Under the pieces are notes generated by a model. That model had not been told where the DNA came from. It saw nothing but the letters and a program-made list of their open reading frames with translations, and did no database searches. Below, one piece after another: positions 55,362 to 64,000 of a stretch of DNA of 64,000 bases. The stretch comes from Eledone cirrhosa (lineage: Eukaryota). The position numbers were made by a program, and so were the translations under genes. The stretch lies in the NCBI GenBank assembly GCA_964016885.1, contig OZ024762.1:20336001-20400000 (forward strand), read 5' to 3'. Every line of letters begins with the position of its first letter. The stretch's first letter is position 1.

Positions 55362-55855
55362 CATCCTCCTTTAAGGAGGAGGAAGGGCAGGCAGTTTTCA
55401 TCTGCCTGGAGGCCATGGCGAAAGAGATTGGGAGGTGGACAAAGGTGAAAGGATTGAAGACGGACACTTTCCTCTCCGGCGAATCCCTGATTAACTTTTT
55501 CAAATTTCATTTGAAGAGGAAAATCAGGGTGGAGGGGCAAGTGCTGTCTTCTAGTAAGTTTGTTAAAAGTGGCGAGTCTGGTCCGAGTGAACGGGCCCAC
55601 TCTGAGTATGCACCTGTAGACTGAGGAGTGGGAGAACTGAGAGAGGGCGCTTGCCCTGGTGGTCAGGGTGGTCGTGGTCTTTCGTGTGGCTTTCACCACG
55701 AGTGATCCATGGAAGTTTCCCCCCCTATTTGGGGAATTTTTGTTTGAATTTTTTAATTTGTTTTTACACATTTTCTTGTTTTAACCTTTTTACACAACCA
55801 AAACCCACTTTGTATCGTCCTGTAGCGTTCTGTGCCATCTGTAATGTTTTTATAC
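55362..55855 (+). mobile_element. L1/Tx1-like LINE 3' fragment
   Basis: QAVFICLEAMAKEIGRWTKVKGLKTDTFLSGESLINFFKFHLKRKIRVE followed by a T-rich 3'UTR. Confidence 0.5.
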
Positions 55856-55859
55856 ATGT

Positions 55860-56400
55860 TGGAAGAAGTTTAGGGAGCTGCTTCCTCTGTTGACGAAGAA
55901 GGGTTTCTCCCTGCGTACAAAAGGCCGGTTGTATGATGCCTGTGTGAGGAGCGCGATGCTGCATGGTAGTGAGACATGGGCAGCAACTGCAGAGGATATG
56001 CGACGGCTGGAGAGAAATGAGGCAAGCATGCTCCATTGGATGTGCAGTGTAAATGTGCGTGAACGACCCAGCATAAATGTGTTGAGAGAGAAACTGTATC
56101 TGAGAGGGATAGAATGTAGTGTACGGGAGAGGAGACTGAGGTGGTATGGACATGTGATGCGCATGGAGGATGACCGATGGGTGAAGAAGTGCCAGGAATT
56201 GCCAGTTGAAGGAAGACGTGGTAGAGGTAGACCACGAAAAACATGGGCGGAGGTGGTGAGAACAGACCTCAGATCATTGAAGCTCACGGTGGAGATGACG
56301 TGGGACCGTGACGAGTGGAGAGATGCTGTGCTGAATAAGACCCGTCCCACCCTTGCAAGCAGGGAAAAGCGGACGTAAAATGATGATGATGATGATGATG
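55860..56400 (+). mobile_element. RTE LINE 3' fragment
   Basis: KGRLYDACVRSAMLHGSETW...RRLRWYGHVMR...GRGRPRKTW...DRDEWR; (TGA)n tail. Confidence 0.92.
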
Positions 56401-56487
56401 GCCCTTGTGGCCAATAAAGAAATCCTTATTACTACTACTACCTTTACTATTATTATTATTATTACCATTAGTATTGCTATTATTATT

Positions 56488-57472
56488 TCTGAGTTCAAAT
56501 CCTACTGAGGTTAGCTTTGCCTTTCATCCTTACGGGGACGATAAAATAAAGTACCAGTAATGCGCTGGGGTCGATTTAATTGACTTTCCCCTCCCCCAAA
56601 ATTGCTGGCTTTGTGCCTAAAGTAGTAACAATTATTATTATTATTATTGGTGCTGCTGCTGCTGCTGCTGCCATTGGTCTTTGGTTTGGGCGGTGGATTG
56701 GCAATAGTGTTAGGGCGTCAGACACCTTGCTTTGCAGCATGGAGTTATGGCCCTTTACGTTCTGAGTTCGAATCCCGCCGAGGTTATCTTTGCCTTTCAT
56801 CCTTATGGGGGGGGGTTGATAAAATAAAGTACCAGTAATACACTGGGTATTTGTTGGCCTTGAGGGTCGGACGCCATGCTTTGCAGCGAAGAGTTACGGC
56901 CCTTTACGGTCGGAGTTCAAATCCCGCCGAGGTTAACTTTGCCTTTCATCCTTACAGGGTCGATAAAATAAAATACCAGTAATGTACTGAGCAATTGATG
57001 GCCTTATGCCAAAAGTAGAAACATTATTTTGCCTTTCATCCTTACGGGGTCGATAAAATAAAGTACCAGTAATGCACTGGGGCAATTGCTGGAATCCCGC
57101 CTAGGTTAACTTTGCCTTTCATCCTTACGGGGTCGATAAAATAAAGTACCAGTAATGCACTGGGGTAATTGCTGGAATCCCGCCTAGGTTAACTTTGCCT
57201 TTCATCCTTACGGGGTCGATAAAATAAAGTACCAGTAATGCACTGGGGTAATTGCTGGAATCCCGCCTAGGTTAACTTTGCCTTTCATCCTTACGGGGTC
57301 GATAAAATAAAATACCAGTAATGTACTGGGTATTTGCTGGCCTTGTGCCTAAAGTAGAAACAATTATTTTGCCTTTCATCCTTACAGGGGTCGATAAAAT
57401 AAAGTACCAGTAATGCACTGGGTGATTGCTGGCCTTGTGCCAAAAGTAGAAACAATTATTATTATTATTAAT
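56488..57472 (+). mobile_element. SINE-B cluster with an ~83-bp core-only tandem (57028-57340)
   Basis: Repeated aatcccgcctaggttaactttgcctttcatcc...gtaattgctgg. Confidence 0.85.
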
Positions 57473-57719
57473 ATTGCTGCTGCTGCTGCTGCTGCTGGCA
57501 TTGGTTTTTGGTTTCCAACATTAAAACCAGCTGGAAAATATTTTAATACTTTGAAAGGCTGCATAAGTATATTTTCTGAGAATGACTTTGGAATGGCTCT
57601 GGTTGTAAGTTCAGTTTAGAGCAGTAGTATGACCTGGGGTGGGGGTTGGGAGGGGGTAGGGGTTAAGGTGGGTGTGTGTGTGGTGGGGGTGGGTGGGTTT
57701 CATTATTAATAAGATGTTT

Positions 57720-58390
57720 TGATAGAGAGGTTAGAGGAGAGGAAAGAAGAGAGGAAGGAACAAGGAAGGAAGAAAAAGCAAGGAAATAAGAAAGACAGGA
57801 TCAAAGTAGAAGTAAGGAGGAAAGAAAGGAAGACAGAAAGAGAGAAAGTAAGAAGGAAAGAAGGAAAGAAGGAAAGAAGAAAAGAAAGATAGAAGGAAAG
57901 AAATAAAGATAGAAAGAAAGAAAGAAAGAAGGAAAGAAAAAAGAAAAGAAAGATAGAAGGAAAGAGAGAAAGAAAGAAAGATAGAAGGAAAGAAGTAAAG
58001 AGAAAAAGAAAAGGAAAAATTGAAAGAAGGAAATAAACAAGGAAAGAAAAGTGAGAAAGAAAGGAAGTGAGACAGAAAGAAAGAGAAAAAGAGAGAAGTA
58101 GAGAAAGTAAGGAAGTGAGACGGAAAGAAAGAAAGGAAATGAGATGGAAAGAAAGAGAAAAAGAGAGAAGTAGAGAAAGAAAGGAAGTGAGAAGGAAAGA
58201 AAGAGAAAAAGGAGAGAAGTAGAGAAGGAAAGGAAGTGAGAAGGAAAGAAAGAGAAAAAGAGAGAAGTAGAGAAGGAAAGGAAGTGAGAAGGAAAGAAAG
58301 AGAAAAAGGAGAGAAGTAGAGAAGGAAAGGAAGTGAGAAGGAAAGAAAGAGAAAAAGAGAGAAGTAGAGAAGGAAAAAAAGAAAGAAATT
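57720..58390. repeat. Polypurine GA-rich tract with ~45-bp subrepeats
   Basis: Direct inspection. Confidence 0.92.
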
Positions 58391-58491
58391 GAAAGTATTT
58401 CTTTATATTTTCCTTCTCTCATCACTTATAGTGATGATGATGATGTAAATATAAATTTATATATCTTTCAATTCTAACTTCTTTCATTATA

Positions 58492-58850
58492 GTGTTGTTA
58501 GGGCTGTTGTTGTTGTTAGGGCTGTTGTTGTTAGGGCTGTTGTTGTTGTTGTTGTTAGGGCTGTTGTTGTTGTTAGGGCTGTTGTTGTTGTTGTTAGGGC
58601 TGTTGTTGTTGTTGTTAGGGCTGTTGTTGTTAGGGCTGTTGTTGTTGTTAGGGCTGTTGTTGTTGTTAGGGCTGATGTAGTTGTTGTCGTTGCTATTGTG
58701 GTTATTGCTGTAGTTGTTGTTGTTTGTTATTGTAGTTGATGTTGTTGTTGTTGTTATTGCTGTAGTTATGGCAGTTGTTGTTGTTGCTGTTGTTGTTGTT
58801 ATAGTTGTTGCTGTTGTTGTTGTTATAGTTGTTGCTGTTGTTGTTGTTTT
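58492..58850. repeat. (GTT)n with agggct interruptions
   Basis: Direct inspection. Confidence 0.92.
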
Positions 58851-58881
58851 GAAATGATTGCACCAAAATATAACATTTTAC

Positions 58882-58916
58882 CTCCTTCAGAGGAGACTCT
58901 TGGAACGGAACCAAAT
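58882..58916 (-). other. Candidate 35-nt exon (possibly 5'UTR of the CPOX-like gene)
   Basis: ctactttaag|ATTTGGTTCCGTTCCAAGAGTCTCCTCTGAAGGAG|gtaaaa; a complex island between simple repeats, preceded on the minus strand by a ~940-nt (TTC)n tract. Confidence 0.3.
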
Positions 58917-58940
58917 CTTAAAGTAGTCATTGATAGAATT

Positions 58941-59882
58941 TAGAAGAAGAAGAAGAAGAAGAAGAAGAAGAAGGCAAAGAAGTAGAAGAAGGCAAAGAAG
59001 AAGAAGAAGAAGAAGAAGGCAAAGAAGAAGAAGAAGAAGAAGAAGAAGAAGAAGGCAAAGAAGAAGAAGAAGGCAAAGAAGAAGAAGGCAAAGAAGAAGA
59101 AGGCAAAGAAGAAGAAGAAGAAGAAGGCAAAGAAGAAGAAGGCAAAGAAGAAGAAGGCAAAGAAGAAGAAGGCAAAGAAGAAGAAGGCAAAGAAGAAGAA
59201 GAAGAAGAAGAAGGCAAAGAAGAAGGCAAAGAAGAAGGCAAAGAAGAAGAAGGCAAAGAAGAAGAAGGCAAAGAAGAAGAAGGCAAAGAAGAAGAAGAAG
59301 AAGAAGAAGAAGAAGAAGGCAAAGAAGAAGAAGGCAAAGAAGAAGAAGAAGAAGAAGAAGGCAAAGAAGAAGAAGGCAAAGAAGAAGAAGAAGAAGAAGA
59401 AGGCAAAGAAGAAGAAGAAGAAGAAGGCAAAGAAGAAGAAGGCAAAGAAGAAGAAGGCAAAGAAGAAGAAGAAGAAGAAGAAGGCAAAGAAGAAGAAGAA
59501 GAAGGCAAAGAAGTAGAAGAAGGCAAAGAAGAAGAAGAAGAAGGCAAAGAAGAAGAAGAAGAAGGCAAAGAAGTAGAAGAAGGCAAAGAAGAAGAAGAAG
59601 AAGAAGAAGAAGAAGAAGAAGAAGAAGAAGAAGAAGAAGAAGAAGGCAAAGAAGAAGAAGAAGGCATTGAAGAAGAAGGCAAAGAAGAAGAAGGCAAAGA
59701 AGAAGAAGAAGAAGAAGAAGGCAAAGAAGAAGAAGAAGGCATTGAAGAAGAAGGCAAAGAAGAAGAAGGCAAAGAAGAAGAAGAAGAAGGCAAAGAAGAA
59801 GAAGAAGAAGGCAAAGAAGAAGAAGAAGAAGAAGAAGAAGAAGAAGGCAAAGAAGAATAAGAAGAAGGCAAAAAAGAAGAGG
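58941..59882. repeat. (GAA)n with GGCAAA interruptions, ~940 bp
   Basis: Direct inspection. Confidence 0.97.
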
Positions 59883-59968
59883 CTATAGTACCAGCGAATT
59901 ACTGGGATTGATTTAATCAACTTAGACCTCCACCCTCAAACAGCTGGTCATGTACCAAATGTAGAGAC

Positions 59969-60003
<35 letters not shown>

Positions 60004-60338
60004 GCATCATTCATCACCATCATCATCATCATCATCAACAACAATCTTTTGAAGTGACAGTTTTCAGGTCAGATGGCCAAAATCTCCATCCTAAACACTA
60101 AGCATGTTGTCTCTCTCCCTCTCTTTCTCTCTTTCTCTCTCCCACCCTCTGCCAGAAACAACAACAAGCAAGTTACAGAGCAAACAAGTCAACAGATAAA
60201 TTACACAGAGTTGATCAGAGTTGATCAGAGTTGATCAGAAGAGAAGTTTTGATCAAATGATCCACTGATTTCATTTAAACTGCAGCATCTCTAAGGCGCT
60301 GGTGTATGTATGTATGTGTGCCTGTGTGTATGTGTATG

Positions 60339-60384
<46 letters not shown>

Positions 60385-60607
60385 CTTGAGTGTGTGTGTA
60401 TATATATATATATATATAAATGTGAGTATACATATATACATACACATATGTGTCTGTATGAGTATATGTATGTATGTGTGTGTGTGTGTATGCATATATA
60501 TAGATATATGTAGATATATGCATATATATATAGATATATATAGATATATGTGTGTGTATGCATATATATAGACAGACATACATATGTGTGAGAATATGTA
60601 TATACAG

Positions 60608-60638
<31 letters not shown>

Positions 60639-61441
60639 ACTGTATTATTATTATATATATATATATATACATATATATACATATGTAAATACACACACAC
60701 ACGCATACACATTTATTTATATACACACACATTGTGTGTGTGTGTGTGTGTAAGAAAAGCAATCAAGACAATGTCCACATAATGATAGTGAGAGGGGGTG
60801 GGGTGGGGGAGTGGGTAAATGTAGGGGGGGGGGTAGAAGAAAGAAAAAAAGAGAAAAGGTGAAGATATCATAGAAAACCAAAGATGACAAGGGAATGACG
60901 AGAGGGCTGTGTGTATGAATGTGTGTATGTGTGTGTGTGAGTGTGTGTGTGTGTGTGTCGGTGGGTCTGTGTGTGTGAGTGAGAGCGTGTATGTGTGAGT
61001 GTGTGTGTAAGTGTGTGTGTCTGAGTGTGTGTGTGTCTGAGTGTGTGAGTGTGAGTGTGTGTGTGTCTGAGTGTATGTGTGTGTGTGTGTGAGTGTATGT
61101 GTGTGTGTGTCTCTGAGTGTGTCTCTGTGAGTGTGTGTAAGTGTGTGTGCGTGTGAGTGTGTCTGAGTGTGTGTGTGTGTGAGTGTGTGTGTCTCTGTGA
61201 GTGTGTATGTGAGTGAGAGTGTGTGGTGGAGGTGGAATCAGTGGAGAAAAAATTCAGTGTTGAGATAAAACCATTAAGTAGCAGCCTGTTTTATTGGGAA
61301 CATGTCATAGGCAACAAATTCTAGAGTTGTCCAGCTTATTTATTAACATAACAGAACATATATATTCACACATGTATGTTTGTGTGTATGTATATACATA
61401 TATGCGTGTGTGTGTGTTTATATAAACATACATACACACAC

Positions 61442-61472
<31 letters not shown>

Positions 61473-61546
61473 CTTCATCTTCAATTTGGCAACATGACCC
61501 TCCTAAAGTATAACAATATATATATATATTAATTTCTCTATTTTCA

Positions 61547-61582
<36 letters not shown>

Positions 61583-61648
61583 CATCTCTATTTTCATATT
61601 TATATATATATATATATATATTGCCCATTTTTCCATACTGTCATGAGT

Positions 61649-61683
<35 letters not shown>

Positions 61684-61686
<3 letters not shown>

Positions 61687-61880
61687 GGAACCAGTAAGAC
61701 CCCGACGGCTGAGCTCAAGCCGTTTCGACGGCTAATTCTGGACGTCCAGAATTAGCCGTCGAAACGGCTTGAGCTCAGCCGTCGGGGTCTCACTGGTTCC
61801 TATTACCCACTCTACTACCCTAAGTATTGAGTACTTTGGTGCGTTATGGTCCACCTGGTTCGTTACCACATTTCCTTCGT

Positions 61881-61882
<2 letters not shown>
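61684..61882 (-). mobile_element. Hairpin element, reverse copy
   Basis: Stem 61684-61803 with a loopless centre ctggacgtccag; (TA)n on both sides. Confidence 0.85.
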
Positions 61883-61911
<29 letters not shown>

Positions 61912-61912
61912 A

Positions 61913-62097
61913 TATAATTGTTTCTACTTTAGGCACAAGGCCAGCAATTATTCCAGTGTATTACTGGTACTTTATTTTATCGACCTCGTATGGATGAAAG
62001 GCAAAGTTAACCTCGGCGGGATTTGCACTCAGACCATAAAGGGCCGTAACTCTATGCACCGTCCGACCCTCTACTGATACTGCCAATCCACCGACCT
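61913..62097 (-). mobile_element. SINE-B
   Basis: Family-B core. Confidence 0.85.
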
Positions 62098-62319
62098 ATT
62101 CAGAAGCCTTCAGATGGACTACTATACCTGTAATTCAAAGGGTCAGCTATGCCATACACTGTCTCATGCGGAATCTCCCTGAGAATTACGTTACAGAGTA
62201 CAGTTATCTGTGGAATGTTCAGCCACTTATGAGCAGGTTGTCCCATTAATCAAACAAGTGTAACATGGATCATATCAGTAATACCAAGACATTAAACGAT
62301 GATGATTAAAATATTTAGT

Positions 62320-63258
62320 TTAACCCTTTAGCAACCTATCCCGCCAGAATTCTCTCACCTCTTTCTGTTCAAACTGGCTGTAACCGGCCATATCCGGCCA
62401 GAATTCTCTCACCTCTCTCTGTTCAAACTGGCTGTAACCGGCCATATCCAGCCAGAATTCTTTCACCTCTCTCTGTTCAAACTGGCTGTAACCGGCCATA
62501 TCCTGCCAGAATTCTCTCACCTCTTTCTGTTCAAACTGGCTGTAACCGGCCATATCCAGCCAGAATTCTCTCACCTCTCTCTGTTCAAACTGGCTGTAAC
62601 CGGCCGTAACCGGCCATATCCGGCCAGAATTCTCTCACCTCTTTCTGTTCAAACTGGGCATATCCGGCCAGAATTCTCTCACCTCTCTCTGTTCAAACCG
62701 GCTGTATCCGGCCAGAATTCTCTCACCTCTTTCTGTTCAAACTGGCTGTAACTGGCAATATCCGGCCAAAATTCTCTCACCTCTCTCTGTTCAAACTGGC
62801 TGTAACCGGCCATATCCGGCCAGAATTCTCTCACCTCTCTCTGTTCAAACTGGCTGTAACCGGCCATTTCCGGCCAGAATTCTCTCACCTCTCTCTGTTC
62901 AAACTGGCTGTAACCGGCCATATCCCGCGAGAATTCTCTCACCTCTTTCTGTTCAAACTGGCTGTAACCGGCCATATCCGGCCAGAATTCTCTCACCTCT
63001 CTCTGTTCAAACTGGCTGTAACTGGCCATTTCCGGCCAGAATTCTCTCACCTCTCTGTTCAAACCGGCTGTAACCGGCCAGAATTCTCTCACCCCTTTCT
63101 GTTCAAACCGGCTGTAACTGGCCGCTCATACAAATCTCAAAATAAATAATTTCAAAATCTCATAGATTCAATATTATGTGAGATAATTATGTGAGGTAAA
63201 GTCTTTATCATGAAAATACAATAGTAAATACGAAGTAATGGAAATAATAAAGGGTTAA
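62320..63258 (-). mobile_element. piggyBac-type MITE with an internal 54-bp unit amplified ~14x
   Basis: TTAACCCTTTAG / TAAAGGGTTAA ends; the unit gccagaattctctcacctctctctgttcaaactggctgtaaccggccatatcc is single-copy in the other MITE copies. Confidence 0.85.
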
Positions 63259-63927
63259 ATTGAAGATTAATAGAGATGATAGGATAAATGATAGGAAAAA
63301 AAGAAAATCTATTTTTTAAATATAATAGAAAATACGAGACTTTAATTAGATACCAACTTTCACACAATGGTTTATATCAAATCATAAATAATTAATTCAA
63401 CCTAAGAAGCCAAAATAAATAATAAATTAATAACAATAATAATAATTGTTTCTACGTTAGGCACAAGACCAGCAATTTGATGGGGAGGGGAAAATCAATT
63501 AAATTGATCCCTAAGGATGAAAGGCAAAGCTAACCTCGGCAGGATTTGAACTCAGGATGTAAAGTGTCGTATAATAATGATAAAATAAAAAGGTGACATA
63601 TTCTATTATTCTATGAAACAATGGGAAAAGGAAGACGAGAGGTGAATAATAGAAAATATTTTATTAATGATAGGAAAAAAAAAATCTGAGACCTCATTCA
63701 GAATGAGGGGGAATTTAAAGTACAAAGAACTTCAGCCCCATTTAAGAGAAAAGGAAAAAGAAAATAAATGTAAAATATATTTTAAAGCTGTTAAGGTGTT
63801 TATCTGCTGTTGATGTTGTTGTCGTTTATCTCTATATAATAGCCTTGACATTGTTAGTGAAAAGGGAGAGAGAAAACTTTGTGATAAAGTTAATTATATA
63901 CCTGAGAAAAACGTTAGGTTAACACTA

Positions 63928-64000
<73 letters not shown>

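Noticed and set aside
58492-58675. Interstitial telomere (TTAGGG)
   Set aside because: TTAGGG occurs only singly, as a by-product of (GTT)n+agggct units, never in tandem.
58927-59920. Poly-Arg (protamine-like), poly-Ser, poly-Phe and poly-Lys ORFs
   Set aside because: All are frames of the (GAA)n repeat; no independent support for coding.

Overview
AT-rich, repeat-saturated animal genomic DNA. The SINE/LINE/microsatellite make-up suggests an octopus-type cephalopod (inference). Almost all listed ORFs are translations of microsatellites or minisatellites. The only host gene I can support is on the minus strand: three GT-AG exons (42164-42054, 30345-30285, 17177-17085) splice in frame to MVRMLKMNSCLNAFRYLSSIATFRSYEHVNPKR-LYIAGLTTGTFTAWGMLYRN-VSMAAAVSEISTEFRSQWMADPITSVEELEK. 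This reads as a mitochondrial presequence, a hydrophobic anchor, and a motif resembling the start of the coproporphyrinogen-III oxidase (CPOX) catalytic domain; later exons would lie left of the window. The introns and flanks contain tRNA-derived SINEs, RTE/CR1/R4-like/L1-like LINE fragments, piggyBac/hAT/TcMar-type MITEs, hammerhead-ribozyme motifs and many tandem arrays, several grown from pieces of transposons. The most unusual items are: a near-perfect 648-bp palindrome (32174-32821) whose arms each carry an ATG micro-exon with a strong donor, in frame with the next CPOX-like exon; a ~200-bp hairpin element family in (TA)n whose stem is kept despite sequence change; and several hammerhead motifs.
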